From the NCBI GenBank assembly GCA_028534125.1, contig CM052818.1, positions 2,172,001 through 2,236,000 of the forward strand: a stretch of DNA of 64,000 nucleotides. The letters are read 5' to 3'. Below are positions 34,999 through 48,330 of this stretch, piece after piece (positions within the stretch are counted from its first letter, which is position 1; the number at the start of each line of letters is the position of its first letter). This DNA is from Lama glama (taxonomy: Eukaryota). Position numbers and translations under genes: made by a program. The notes beneath the pieces were generated by a model that was not told the DNA's origin, ran no database searches, and saw nothing but the letters and a program-made list of their open reading frames with translations.

Positions 34999-36946
34999 CT
35001 GGCCAATATTCACCGCACGTGTGCATGTCACACCCAGCAGTCAGGTCCTGGGCGTGGCCGGGGCCGTGCCTCGGCGCTTGGTTAAGGGACACCATCTGCT
35101 GAGAAGGCAGGCCTGGGTTGACCCCACCGCTGAGGACCCTACTACCTCACCTGGGTGGACACTGTCATTTCGCAAAGGTGAAACACCTGTTTCCAGCCCT
35201 TACCCTGGTCCCCCAAAGCCCTCTCCCCACCATCTCCCCATCCCCTCTTCTCTCTTCCTCAACAGTCCCCTCCCTCCTACATTCCTGGTAGAAGGACTCC
35301 ACTTATCACCTCACTGGGAAGGTACTCCGGGATCCCAGGACCCCTGCCTGCTCTGAGCCTCATGCCCTGGGGCAATCAATTTCCACAGCCCCCACCAAGT
35401 GTGAGGTCCAACCCCAGGAATCACTGGGGAGAGGCTTCATCTGGGAGAGAGCTGGGGGACAGGCGGAGACCAGCCCAGGGAAGGCAGCCACCCACAGCCC
35501 TGTCTGGGGGCCAAGCAGCGCTGCGGACACCGTCCCCGACCGCAATTTAATTTGCCCCAGAGGCCACGCAGAAGGTGCCCATAGTCTGTGTGCCGAGAAC
35601 AGCATAAGAAACCTCCCGAGGCCTGGCCGTGTCTGGCGGTGGTGCCCTTGCCAGGCCAAAGGAAGAGGCGAGAGGCCAGCCAGCATCCACCAGCGGGCCT
35701 CTCCCTGCAGGGAGGGTGTCTCCAGGGCGACGCACTGACCTCACACGGGGAGGACAGGTTCCAGGGCTCATCCTCAGAGGGCGAGGGGAGCCCAACACTG
35801 TTCAGAAAGGCCTCGCATCTGGGCTATTCCTGGGGATGGATTTAAACTAGGAGCCTTGAGAGGGCAATGTGTACCCCCAAAGGAGTGGTGCTCTGGTGGG
35901 CAGACAGAGGCTTTCTCAGAACTCCTGTAAGCCCAACCGCTCAGGTGGCTCACTTCCTCCAGGAAGCCTCCCTTCATGGGGACGGAACTCCCACCTGTGT
36001 TTTGTGGGCCCTTGACCCTGAATGGCAAGGGCAGATACCCAGTGCCTTTCACTGGGGCCATGGAGGCAGGAAGCCCTGCACCGAGTCACCAGGGTTCCTC
36101 TTCCCCTAGGGCCCCGCTGAGTGCCCCCCACCCCTACCCACCCCCAGGAAATTCAGTGGGCCCCAGAGGTTCAAGCGGGGGTTCTGGCCCTCTGGGGCTT
36201 GCCATGCTCCCAGCCCCCTCTGCACCCAGCCCCTGGCATGCAGGCCTTGGCCCACGGGTTGCTCTGCAGGAGAAACAACAGTGTTCTCTCTCTTTCAGGA
36301 CTGCCACCCTCAGGGGCATCCAAGCTCTGCCGTGCTCTCTGGAGTCCTCAGAAAAGTTCTTCCAAGCCCCGCATAGCCAGCCTGCACCCCTAGAGGACCA
36401 GCACAACGGCCTTCCTCTCCATCTCCCCTGCTCTCCCTCTGGGGCCCAGTCAGGCCCAAGCTCCCTTAGGAATCTGTGCCTGCCCAGGGGCCCCACACCT
36501 TGCTCTTGATCAGACTCCACCTGAACGCCCATGGGTCTCAGCTAGGATCAACCCTACCCCCATGTATCTTTCTCTGGCCTCTGCCATTGGTTCTAAGGGT
36601 CTTCAAATGCAGGACCTGTGTCTCCACTGTGTGATTGTGGACTTACTGAAGGCGGGGACTCCGCCTCCCACATCAGAGTCTGCACCCTCTAAGGGTGGTA
36701 GCTGTGACCTCTCCGTTAATCTTGAAAATCTGCATAGCCAACAGCTGGAGACGTGAGGCTCCCTGAAAGCAAGGATAGTGCCTCCCACATCAGCCTGGGG
36801 GCTCACGAGGGACAAAGACCGTGTCTGTTTTGTGTCCTCAGGGCTGCCATGCCTCTTCCTCCAGCCTATGGGATCCCCTAATGGAGGAAATGTGCCTCTC
36901 CCATCAGATCTGTGTCTCCCCCATCAGACCGTGGCTCCTAACAAAG

Positions 36947-37124
36947 CAGGTCCAGCTACATATTGCATGCAGCCCAGTACACAATTAAAATGCAGGGCTC
37001 TTTGTTAAAAAAAAAAAACTATTAAGAATTTCAAGGCAGTGACAGCAGAGCATTAAACCCAGATTGGGGCCCTTCTCAGTGCAGGGCCCAGTGCACAGGT
37101 CCCCTGTCCACAGAGCTGGCCCTG
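36947..37124 (-). mobile_element. MER45A-type hAT-Tip100 element
   Basis: Ends CAGGTCCAGCT / AGCTGGCCCTG; internal TTAAGAATTTCAAGGCAG..CAGAGCATTAAACC..GGGCCCTTCT; 178 bp. Confidence 0.8.
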
Positions 37125-40100
37125 TAAGGGAGGGATTATGCCGCCTTGTCTGACGAGGTGGAAGGATGCCAGACAGGCACAAAGCCAAAGAGGATGGGAA
37201 GGGGTCTGCCGATGAGCAGGACAGGCCCCAGGCCTGGAGGAGGGACACACGGGGTTACTTCCCAGAACGACAGGGCATTCACCGACAGCCAGGCTCCTCC
37301 GCGGGCCCCGCAGCCAGGCTCGGCTCGGCAGTCCCTGCTCTGCTTACTGATGGAGCTCTGGCTGGCGCTCAAGTCGGGGAAAGTTGAGGCTGCGGAGGTG
37401 GCCGCGGTGGAAACAGCTATTTTTACCCTGGCGGGCTGGGAGGCAGGTCAGCGGTGGCTCTGAGGGAGTCCCGGAGCAGCCACCATGGGGGGCCGGCAAG
37501 GGCCTGGGCTGGGATAGCCGGGAGCAAGTGATGATGGGGGCGGGGACCCAGGACCGCTGAGAACCACCCCGGTGGCCCACCAGGCAACACCAGTCAAGCC
37601 TGTGTTGGGCCAAGGAGCCTGCCTGGAAGAGACCCTCCAAGCCCAAGCTTGGCCCTCCCTGCTGGGTGCCAGAGTCAGCCTGAAACACGAGCCGGTCCCC
37701 ACCCCATGCCCCCTCCTACTTAAGGACCACCACCTGCCTCCCTCCAGCCCCTGAGGATGCTCTGGGCCATCAAAGTCGGGGAGGGTAGGAGGAGAAAGAG
37801 AGGGTCTCTGCTAGCTTACCCTGGTCGGGGAGACCTCTTCAGTCACCCTCGTCTGGGAGTGGAAGGTGGGTTGTTCTTTAAATAAGGAGCTGGGAGAAGC
37901 GGTTTGCAAAGCCAGTGAGTAAAGCATCAATGGGGGAGCTTCAGACTCTGCGCCAGCCTGGCACACTGCCTGGGTAGCCCCCACCCAGCTCCTGGGTGAG
38001 GCTGGCCGGTCCCCGCTGGCTGCCTCCAGCAGCTAGCACGTGACCCCCCCCCACCTCAAGTCCTCCCCACAAGGTGGACGCCGTGTGCTGAGGTGTTTAT
38101 GTTACATAAACGCAACCACGCTCGTCAAGACAATCTGTGGCTCCCCCTGAGTAATGAAAACTCAAGCACCTTTTTATCAAGGGCCAGGCTGGGCTCCCGG
38201 CCACAAACCCTGGATCCGCTTCTGACTCCTAGGTTCCTCTGGGCCCCTGCCAGCGTCGGGGTGGGGAAGGGACATCCCCGCCTGGCTCACCTCTGGCCTC
38301 CCTGCTGCGCTGCCCTGAAGGAGGCAGGCGATCGGCCCCTCAGGCAGCCTCTGAGACTGAGCCGTAGGGGGACGGCAACAGGGCCTGGAGATGCCACGCT
38401 CAGCCCCCAGGAGCCATGCGTACCCACTCTGGGCTGGTTCCCTCCTTACTGACCTACTGTCCCCAGTTCCTCATCACTGAAGGTGCTGCCACCAAAGGCC
38501 GCAGGCCCTACTCCCCAGACACCTCCTTGGCGTCACAGCAAAGGCTTCTATAGGATTCCAACCACTTGACATTTATTAATTGGTTTAATCCCAGGCCCAG
38601 TTTCCCCTCCTTCTTCCCTGTCACCCTATCCTGGTGGGAAGGTTGAGGGCAGAGATCCTCGGGGCAGGAATGGGAAAGAGGGAGCAGAAGACGGTGTCCT
38701 CGCTGAGTGCATCCTACCCAGCCCTGGGTAGGGACTGCCATCTCCATCCTTGTCCTAAAGGCTGGAGCCTTAGCGGTGTGCGGTGCACAACCTGGGCCGC
38801 CTCCTGAGGAGTGAGGGGCAGATAGGGCTCCCCCAGAGGCATCGCTCATTCTTTGTAGCAGCCCTGAAGCCATTCCCTAACGAGTCCCGCCTGTTCTCTG
38901 GGGCCTAACAGGTTTGGATCTAGCTCATAAAAACCACAGCAGCCTGGGCTCGGACAGTCATGGGAGGAAAGGAGGGCCAGGCCCCAGCCCCCAGGGTGGG
39001 GAGGAGGGGAGACAGGGGGCTGCAGACAAATGGTTTTTACACTTTGAGTTAATGAGGGTCAGACGGGGGCACCCACTGGCAGGAGGGGATAAATGAGAGG
39101 AAAAGTGGAGGGGGAGGCGGGAGGAGGAGGGGAGAGTGCTCTGAATGAGGGAGGCAGCAGAGCACTTACACGGCCATAAAAACCTCCTACAGACACATGG
39201 TCACAACGAAGCACGGCTCAGCCCATCACGAGCTTCCTGAGCCCGGCTGTGTGCCAGGCCTTGTGCCGGAGGCCGCGGGGGAACGGGGTCCAAGCCTTTT
39301 GATACCAGTGAAAAGTCTGAACACGTACACCCAGTACACCGCGATTTATCTCTCTGTAAATGACATCCACGTACAACTGCCATGAGCTGACATCTCAAGG
39401 CTCAACAATTCGGAGGAGGTTCACTGGTGCAGGTGAGGCCTAATTTCAACTAGCTCCCTCAATATCACAGTGTGTGTCTCTGACTTCTTGTCCGATCGGA
39501 TTAAGTCCTTGTTGGGTTTGGGGTTTGTTTTTTCTTTTTTCTTTTCTTTTCTTTCTTTTCTTCCTAATGAACTTGTCAGTTGAGCCCTTGCTGGGCTGGG
39601 AGGTGTGCGTACCTGGCATCTCTGCTTTGCCTTGTTGGCTTCTCCTCCATCTGCGATTCTTTCCTGTCTGCTTTGTTAGCTTGTCTTCAGAGTGGTTTCA
39701 TGACAGGAATCTTTCTAAGCCAAGTGCCTTTTTTGTGAGGATTACGTGAGTTAAATCCAGATAACGTAATCTGTAAACTCTCTTGACCAGGCTCACACCA
39801 AAAATGAATCCACCAAAAACTGATCAACAAGGGTGATGCTACTGAAATCCCTTCCCTTAGGGCAGCTGTTTACTTGACGTAAAACCCGTGCCCGACAGCC
39901 ACGTGGCAGAAGTGGGGTCCAGGATCGAGCTGAACGTAACATCCTGAGCAAGAGTGACAGCTATGTGTTGGTAACCACTTCCTCCCTACATCCCAGGAAA
40001 GTACTGTGCCCATCTTGAAGTATATGGAGACCCACTGCGGGTGGGAAAAGGCACAGAGACAGAGAAGACATTTTCTATCCCCTCAAAGTCTGAGCCTAAG

Positions 40101-40428
40101 GAGAGAGAAGAAAATGTAAAAGAAATGTCTAAAACTTGAGCATCGACCATGTGCCACATTCTACGTTCCTGGCCTCTGGACCTCGCAGGAACTCTCTAAA
40201 GGGGATATGATGGCTCCGCATTTGGTAGGGGGAACCAGACTGTCTCAGGCTTCACAGATGGTGGTGAAGGAATCCCACCTTCCTTCCAGGAGCGAAATTC
40301 TGGCTGACCCCAGGGACGTGAGGACTCTGAGGGAGACAAAACCATGACTCCCATAGCACAGGCTCTGAGTATGCCCTGGTGGAGAAACAAGAGGCAACTT
40401 CATGGAGGAGGCAACAGGGTTTCTAAAT

Positions 40429-40528
40429 NNNNNNNNNNNNNNNNNNNNNNNNNNNNNNNNNNNNNNNNNNNNNNNNNNNNNNNNNNNNNNNNNNNNNNNN
40501 NNNNNNNNNNNNNNNNNNNNNNNNNNNN
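40429..40528. other. Assembly gap (100 N, true size unknown)
   Basis: Run of exactly 100 N. Confidence 0.99.
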
Positions 40529-40994
40529 CACTGGAGAATCTGCAGCCTGCAGACTTCCTCAGGACTGTCACCTCCGTGCAGGAGATCCCGGAGTCCCATC
40601 CCCTCCCTGCCTGGGACCCCTACCACCCCAGCCCCAACTCCTCACCCCAAGCCTATTGTGGGCAGGCTAGCCACCCAGAGTTTCCTTCCTCCAGAAGCAG
40701 CACTGTGTGGACAGCTATAGCGAAAACAGTTTTCTTAGTGAAATCTTATCTCCTCAGTCTTCCCAGTGACTCAACCTTGGCTTGGGGATGGCTGAGAGAC
40801 CTAAAGGGCCCCGACCTTGAGAAGGAAGCAGGGACCCCTGTCCTGATCCCTGGCATCCAGAAGCATCTTACCCTGCCTCATATCTCAAGGACTTCTTAGA
40901 TACTTTAAAAGTCCTCCTAGAATGGCCGGGGAAAGCCCTGTGGACAAGATACTAAAAAAAAAAAAAAAAAAAAGAGGGTGGGGATGAGGGAGAA

Positions 40995-41370
40995 CTACCT
41001 AAAAGTCCATCAGTGGGGGTCTGGCTAGATAAACACGTGGCTTATCCAAATGATAGACTATTATGGACCATGAACCGTGTGGTAGGGGCACATTCACTGA
41101 TGCGGACGGATATTCACAGTATGGTGGTTGCAAACCACTATAAACAGTGAGGTCATAGTCTTTAAAAATACTAACATATATTTTATACTCACATGGAACA
41201 TTCTAGAGATACCCAAGTGCCGACCATGGTTCTTTCTGGGTAATGAGGTTAGTTAGTGGCTCTTTTCTACTCTTCCTTTTGCTAGCTGTTTTCTCAGATT
41301 TCTATAATGAATGTACATTACTTTTCTAATAAGACAAAAACCAATAAAAAGCTATTTTTAAAAATAAAGT
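40995..41370 (+). mobile_element. Old L1 (L1ME-type) 3' end fragment
   Basis: CCTAAAAGTCCATCAGTGGGG..TAGATAAA..; TTTCTATAATGAATGTACATTACTTT..AATAAAAA. Confidence 0.6.
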
Positions 41371-41694
41371 AAACAGTCACCCTTGGCCATCTGGAAATAG
41401 TGTGTTGCCTGAATCGGTGGCAGGGGTTAGGGTGGGCAGTGAGGAGTGTGAACACTGGAAGCGCTTCCCTAAGCAGGCAACCACGGGACAGAAGACAGCC
41501 AGGGGGTCTGTGTCCCCACCAGCCTAGATGGGGTGAGGTGCCCATGTCAGGCCTGACAAGGGCAACACTCAGAGTAACAAGAATGAACTGCAATGATGTT
41601 GCTGAGACCAGAAGGAGTTCCAAATGAGCCGTATGGGGGATGCTGGCCAACTCCCAGGCAGTGACCGGTGTGACCAGACCAGCAGGCCAAACTC

Positions 41695-42015
41695 AGTTCT
41701 GCCTCAGGGCCTTTGCACTTGCTCTGCTCCCTGCCTGGAATGCTCACACCCAGATTTTGAACATGCTCTCTCACAGCAGCCAGTGTCACATTTTCAGAGG
41801 GCTTCTCCCCAAACATTTGAGAAAAAGGTCACTCCCCACCCATCACCATTTCTATCTTCTCCTCTTGCTTTATTTCTCCTTGTGGCATTCACTTATTACT
41901 ACCTGAAATGTCTGGCTTCCTAACTGGGAGCTTTAACAAAGGCAAGAACTCTGTGCTTAGAACAGAGCATGAGAAGGACAGGTGCTCAAAAAATACTTGT
42001 CATGTGAATAAAAGA
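41695..42015 (+). mobile_element. L2 3' end
   Basis: GCCTCAGGGCCTTTGCACTTGCT..CTGCCTGGAATGCTC..CAGGTGCTCAAAAAATACTTGT..TGAAT. Confidence 0.8.
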
Positions 42016-42199
42016 CTGAAGACTTCACAATGTCAGGGCTACCTCCACACACACAATCGCCCCTGCCTGCCTCCTGGATTCCATGCCTACCACCCCAGGG
42101 AAGGGGCTCTGAGTCTGTCCAGGAAGGTCACCAGTTGTGAGCCTGGGAGCAGGGAGAGGGTGGCAAGGCCCAGGGAGAGGGCAGGGAGCAAGCATTCTG

Positions 42200-42795
42200 A
42201 GTCAACAGGACTAGGTATTCCTTTCCTTAACAGCTGTGCGGGCTCCTTGAGTCTCAGTTTTCTTGTCTCTAAAATGAGGCTCCAAATGAGACAGGAGGGA
42301 AGGGGACAGGGCACAACCACTGAAGGAAGGACACAGCCATTAAGGACAGGACAAACTGGTTAGAACCAAGCTGGCGGAAGATTTGGCTTCCAGTAGACCT
42401 TGAACCTCATGGTGTGCCGTGTCAGTTCCTACTGACAATAAAAGGTCAAAAAGTGGGCGGGGAGGGGCGTTTCCTGGAAATCCTCACCCTTTCCCCGACA
42501 TAGTTGGAATAAGGCTCCTACTCATTAGCATATGAAATTACTGCGCCATAAAGCCTAACAACTCTGCACCTCATGGTTGTTCTCTCTCTTGCCTTCTGAG
42601 ATGGCCCGCACTGTCTATGGAGTGTATGTCTCCCTGAATAAATTTACTTTCACTTTACTATGCTCTTGCTTTCTTTCCTGCTCCAGACAAGAACCCATTC
42701 TCTGGCAACACAAATAGCGCCCTGTCACAGGTGAGGATTAACGGTGACAATGTGCCCAGCATGGCACCTGACACACAGTTGGCACTCGGTAGCCA
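42200..42795 (+). mobile_element. MIR split by the MER41-like LTR
   Basis: TCTCAGTTTTCTTGTCTCTAAAATGAGG before the LTR and GTGAGGATTAA..CCTGACACACAGT..GCACTC after it. Confidence 0.7.
42287..42710 (+). mobile_element. MER41-like ERV1 solo LTR (424 bp)
   Basis: TG...CA ends with perfect 4-bp TSD CAAA/CAAA; blocks shared with MER41 as I recall it: TGAGACAGGAGG, AACCAAG.TGGCG, GGTC.AAAAG, TTCCTGGAA, TTAGCATAT, CTATGGAGT, AATAAA..CTTTCACTTTACT, CAAGAACCC, GGCAACA. Confidence 0.85.
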
Positions 42796-43092
42796 AGGGC
42801 TCCTCTCTGATCAGCCTCCGACTTCATCCTCACCGACCCCTGGACTGAGCCACTCTGAGGCCGGGAAGGACTAGGTCTTCCCAGGAGCACCCTGCCCCAG
42901 CCCCCTCCCCGAGTTCCCCCTCCCTGCAGGTGGCTCTGGACACCCTGACCTGGTGGGACTGAGTCTCGGGCATCTGAGGCAGCCTGACTGAATACAGTGG
43001 GAGCGTCCCCAGCTCTAAGGCCCTTGGGGAAGGCACTGGGGGCTCTTCCAGGGCTGGCACTGGCTGCCCAGGGGCTCACATGGCCAGCGATC

Positions 43093-43110
43093 ACTCTCTC
43101 TCTCCCTCTT

Positions 43111-43146
<36 letters not shown>

Positions 43147-43147
43147 G

Positions 43148-43184
<37 letters not shown>

Positions 43185-43188
43185 TACA
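43093..43188 (+). repeat. Compound (CT)n(CA)n microsatellite
   Basis: Read directly. Confidence 0.95.
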
Positions 43189-46100
43189 GAAGATCCTTGG
43201 CTCCCACCCCCTCCCTCCTACTCTCTGCGGTGGAGGTATTCCCTCAGGCCCATTTTTCTCATTCTTCTGGCAGCCTGAGCCTAACTGTGAAAAATCCAGC
43301 TCTCCTTGGCCAGGCCTAGGTTATGTAAAAGGCCCCAGAGGCCCCTACCTCCAGCCCAAAGCCTGCGCCTTCAGGCCCACCGGCCTCCTCCTCTGGGGCC
43401 CCTCTGCTCCCCACTTCGAGTCTCTCTGCTCAGGGTCACCAAGACCATCCCTACCCGCCCCCCCAGCCTCAAACGCCCGGACTGCCCACTCACGACACCC
43501 CCATTCAAACTCTAATCCCCACCAGCTCAGCCATCCTCAAAACGAGCCTCGCCCAACCTTCTTCGGGAATTCTTAAGGAACCAAACACACGCAACCCCCC
43601 CCCCCCGTCTCTGCAGTCCTGGTAAAGAAACTCAATTCTTCTCCCTGCTGCTTGCCTCTTGAGAAATGAGCCAAGAAGGCAGCCGTCATGGAGGACCACC
43701 CCTCAGTCAGAGAGGGGATGCACTGAGTTTCTAGCCTGGGGCACACAGGAATGCCCAGACCTCCCGCAGCCCAGGGGAGGGGTATGACCAAGGAGAGGCT
43801 GGCCACACTGCCCCCAGGAGCCTGCTTGAGGGGCAGTCTCGACCTGGAGGCGCCTCGCTGGACACTTGCAGGCTGAGACCCTTGACTGTGTGGGTCTGAG
43901 GCTGGTAGATCCTGCTCCAAGGGGAGACCCTCATTAGCAGAGCTCAGAGACCTGTGTACAAGCAATAACACCGGGAGGCGAGTGTTCAGGGGGCAGCGCA
44001 GCCGGCATCTCCCTACGAGCAAACCTGTGCTAGAAGCCAAATCACCATCAGAAAGTTGCCTGCGAGGGTGGGGGGAATGTCAGTGTTCTGTGGCCGCAGG
44101 CCCAGATGGCCATGGGAGATGGGAAACCTTGCCAAAGTGTCCCCTAGCCAAGTCTCTTTTCCCTGGACACAGTCAAGGTGAGTCCCACACGTGTCTCCCT
44201 GGGTGGGTGGACACGTGTGCTGCTAAGACTTGCCAGGCCCTGGGACCAGTCGCCTCATCAGGGAGCCTCTGCCAACCTCTGCTCTGATCCCACATGCGGT
44301 CATTTCCTAGTTCAGGTCTCAGAGGGCAGCTCGGCTTCTGCCAGTTCCACGGTCTTGGATGGCACCTCGCTGCCGCCCCAGAGCTCTGTCGGTGTGTGGT
44401 ATCCAGGAATGACTGCAACTCTTTCCTGGATCCCGGACAGCAGGGCAGGGGAGTGAGGGTGTGGAGTAAGAGGGTCCCCTGCCCTGCTCCATTTTCCAGG
44501 CTCAGCCACGTCCATACTTGTCCCCTCATTTCAGTAGCTGGCAGAGAGTTATAATTGAATTTGCAGTCGGGAAAGAAAACCCTTTACATGTCTGGGATTA
44601 ATTTAGCCCTGATGATGGCCACATTCACACGCTCCTTTCTGCTTAGGTTTCCAGAGCGTGTTCTGGCCAACGATGTGAAACACACACGCACACACGCAGG
44701 CGCACGTGTGCCCTGAGTGCATGCGGGGAGTGCGCGCTGCCGGGCTGCGCGTGCGCCTGTGGCTACACCTGCGTCTGTAGCCGTGATCATCCTCGCCGAG
44801 CGGGTCTGTAAGGGGCGGGCGGGAGTCTTCTAGCGTCCCCCCATAGGGACCTCCATTCTGGTCATTGGTGGGTGACTCTCACGCAGCCCATCCCAAGGCG
44901 GCATGAGGAATGGCTGCGGTCACGCTGCTCACCATGAAAGGAAAGCGTGGACGTGGTGGCCGGACAGTGGTGCATTGGGCACTGCCCGATAGCAGGGCAG
45001 CCACATGGCTTCTCTCCCTCCTTTCCGACATCCAAAGAGCAGCCAGACCAGTCCTTCCCGGGCAAAGAAATGGGGCCACTGTCATCCCCACGCTGGAGGG
45101 GTCCCCCAGAAAGGGGAGCCCCCTCCCACCTGCCCTGACTTCTTTAGCGCTCCCCTTCGTCCCAACAACCCACGCAGCTCAGAGCAGCTTTGCAAAGGAT
45201 ATTGGGCCCTCACTATGTGTCAGGCACTGGGCATCATCTCAGGAAGGCTCCTGGAGGCCCCTGGGGTCTCCTGAGCCTGCAGGGGTGGGGGGTGGGGCGA
45301 CCAGGCTGAGCCCAGGCCGATGATGGAAACATGGAGAACCAGCCAGGCTGGGGGAAGCTCTCAGCGTCTCTGCTCAGGAGCTGAACCAACCATGGCCCCC
45401 TGCGTCCCCCCTCCACAAAGACACCCGGCCAGCCCTGCAGGGTGAAGGAGAACGGAGCCCGGGCTAACACCTGGAGCCTACAGTGACCTTCCGGGGTAGG
45501 AGGGAAACAGACACGGGACTTGGCAGGATGGGCAGCCCAGGGGAGTTGCCTCTCTCTTCCTCCCATGTCCTATTTCTAACGGAATCAGCCTGGGAGCCAG
45601 CTGGGAGGGCAGAAGGGAGCCAGCCTGGGTGCTGGAGGCATGAGGGAAGCGAGGCCCTGCTCCAGCACTGGTACCAAATGCTCTGGTCCCTCTCCTGCCC
45701 CACTGCACGGTCCCCCTGTTTGTCTGTCTCTCTCACTGTGACTCCACCTCTCTCTGCATCTGCCTCATCTTGTCTCCCACACACGTGCGTGCACTCACAC
45801 ACCCATGCCCCATGAAAATCTGAGACCAAAACAAAGACAGAGAGACAGTACATAGGCCACACTGGGCCACACCACAGGGCCCAGAAGCTGCGGCTAGTGG
45901 TCCGCAGAGGACAGGATGGAGCAGCAGCAGATGGGGAGGGAAGGAGAGGGCGGTTCCCACTCTTCACGCGGGAATCTCAGCGCCATCTAAGGACCAGCCT
46001 GGCCCTGACCCTGTTCTCGTCCACGAGCAGAAATGTTTCCTGTGCTGTCCCCGCGTCCCAGGCAGGGGATGCCCACCTGGTTCCTCTAGAAATCCCCTAA

Positions 46101-46280
46101 TCCCGCATTTATGAAACACGTGGAGAGAGGATTGAGACAAGTTTGCGGTCCCAGGGGGCGGAGGCCATGGGGCGGGGGCTGCAGGCCAGGGCTGAGCTTA
46201 CGGCTCTTCCCGTCTGTCCAACCTCCCCGTCACCCCATCCTGGGCCGTCCACAGAGCCCTGGAAAAGGAGCAGAAAGTGG

Positions 46281-46310
46281 TGCGTGTGTGTGTGCGTGTG
46301 TGTGTGTGCA
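46281..46310 (+). repeat. (TG)n microsatellite
   Basis: Read directly. Confidence 0.85.
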
Positions 46311-47799
46311 GCGCATGAGCGCGGTCTCTCTCCAAAACACCAGCAGAGAAAACAAAGGCTGGGAACGGAGTATTCTGCATATAAAAGGCTTATGAAATTT
46401 TACTGAGCCATTTTTTGACAGATGAGAATGATTCTCCACCTTGCAAAAGAATAGGTCTCAAATGTTGAAAACTAACCGAATTTCGGAACATAAAAATCCA
46501 ATTTGAAATGGCTCCGAGGGCCTGTCTATTTCAAGAGAACATGCCATGAAACACTTAGTAAAGTCTCTTTAGTGAAGGAAGCAGACATCTCATTAAGGGC
46601 TGAGATGTGATTTCAGCCCTGAGGGCCAGACTAGGGGTGGGGAGAGGCGGGGACAGTCACGTCTGCTGGGTTTCAGAGGTGGACGGACACCAGGACAGGA
46701 CAGGTCAGAGGAAGGGGCCACGCTGAGGCCTGAGCCACGGGCCAAGGCCAAACCCGCTCATGGTTCCATTCAGCAGAGCAGAGGGAAAAGCGACAGGCGA
46801 GGCGGGGACGGCAGCGGGGGGGGGGGCACAGCTGGGTCGAGAGCTGACTGCCTGTGAACAGTGAGGAGGAGTGGGAGAAGGAAGGCCGAGGAAGTGGTGT
46901 TTGGGTTCCAGTGATCGGCCTGCTGGGGGCCTGATCACAAGCGGAGGTGGTGGCATTGGGAAGAGAAGCAGCTTGAGCCAGAGAGATTCAAGAGCCAGAA
47001 TCTGTGGGACCTAGTGATGTTTGGGGCACAGGGGCAGGAGGAGGAAGGACACAAGAGGGCCTCCCACACATCCAGCTCTGGTGACTGGAACGATGAGGGA
47101 CCAGCAGAGCAGGAGCTGTTTTCATGCGGCCGAGGATGGAGACGTTGAGTCGGGGTGGGGAGTGAGAGGTGGGGGTTGGGCTTGTGGTGCCTGTAAGTCC
47201 CCATCGTGGAGGAACCCACTGGATAAGGTGTAGGATAACGTGGCTGTGGCCCAGGGCAGAAACGGGACTGGAGGTAGGGAGTCCAGGGTCAGTAGCCTCT
47301 GGGGAACAGAGCCACAGGAGTGGGTGAGGCTGCCAAGGGGATGTGCCAAGGAAGAACAGAAGGCCAGTGCTAGAGCCCCGGGGACACTACAGACCAGCAG
47401 AGAAGGATGCCAAGAAGGCAGGCTGGAGACAACAGAGGAATCTGGGGCAACTGTGGTGCCACGGAAGCCAAAAACTGAAGAGTGTATCAAGAGGCAGAGA
47501 CCGTTCAGTGCCACGAGCTGCTGCAGAGAGGAAAAGCGTCCACAGATTTAACAGCCAGGGTAGATGGGGCCCTGGCGTGAATTAGAAAAAGGTGCCCCTT
47601 CCTCAAGGTAGTTCCCTTCTATCCAAAAACTGTAACACACTGGTTTTATTAGAACAAAACACTTTACTGCCATCTGTGGGAAAATTGTTATAATAAATAT
47701 TAAACTCATGATGTCTTAGATGTGGTGCCTGTACACGGCTGCCCTGGTTATCAACGACTGCAGTAAAAAGTCTTCAGGGGAGCAGAACAAAATCTACCA

Positions 47800-48330
47800 A
47801 CAAGGATGCTTTGAGCTGTGGGCAGCATACTACCCAACCAAAGATGGCCTAAACAATAAGGAATTTATGACTTCTGGAAATAGGAAAGTTCCAGAGTTGG
47901 TTCTTTCTCAGTGGCTTCCTGGAGAATCAGGTCCTTGCCACCTTCTGTGTGCCCACTTTCTTCCTCAAGCTTGTCGCCTCATGATCACAAGCTGGCAGCC
48001 ATGGCTCCAGGCATTACATTTTTTCCACAAGATTAAAAGGCAAAAGATGAGGATGTTTCTCCTTGTATGTCCTTAGTTATCAGGGATAAAACTTTCCTAG
48101 AAGCTTTCCCAGCTACAGCTTTCCCCACTACACATATCTATAACCACTACCACATTCCCCTTACATCTCACTGGCCATAAATGAATCACATGCCTCTTCT
48201 TAAAACAATCATTGACAAGGATAATGGCTTTACTATGATTGGCTTGATCTAGTAAGACCCCTTCCCCGAGGTGGGGCAGGACTTCTTTCTTAGCACTGAG
48301 CCATAGCGGGAAGGGACGGGGTGGCTGTTG
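47800..48330 (-). mobile_element. Old MLT1-family LTR fragments
   Basis: GATGGCCTAAACAATAAGGAATTTAT..ATCTCACTGGCCATAA..TCACATGCC. Confidence 0.55.

Noticed and set aside
40245..40899. ORFs crossing the N run
   Set aside because: Artefacts of the assembly gap.
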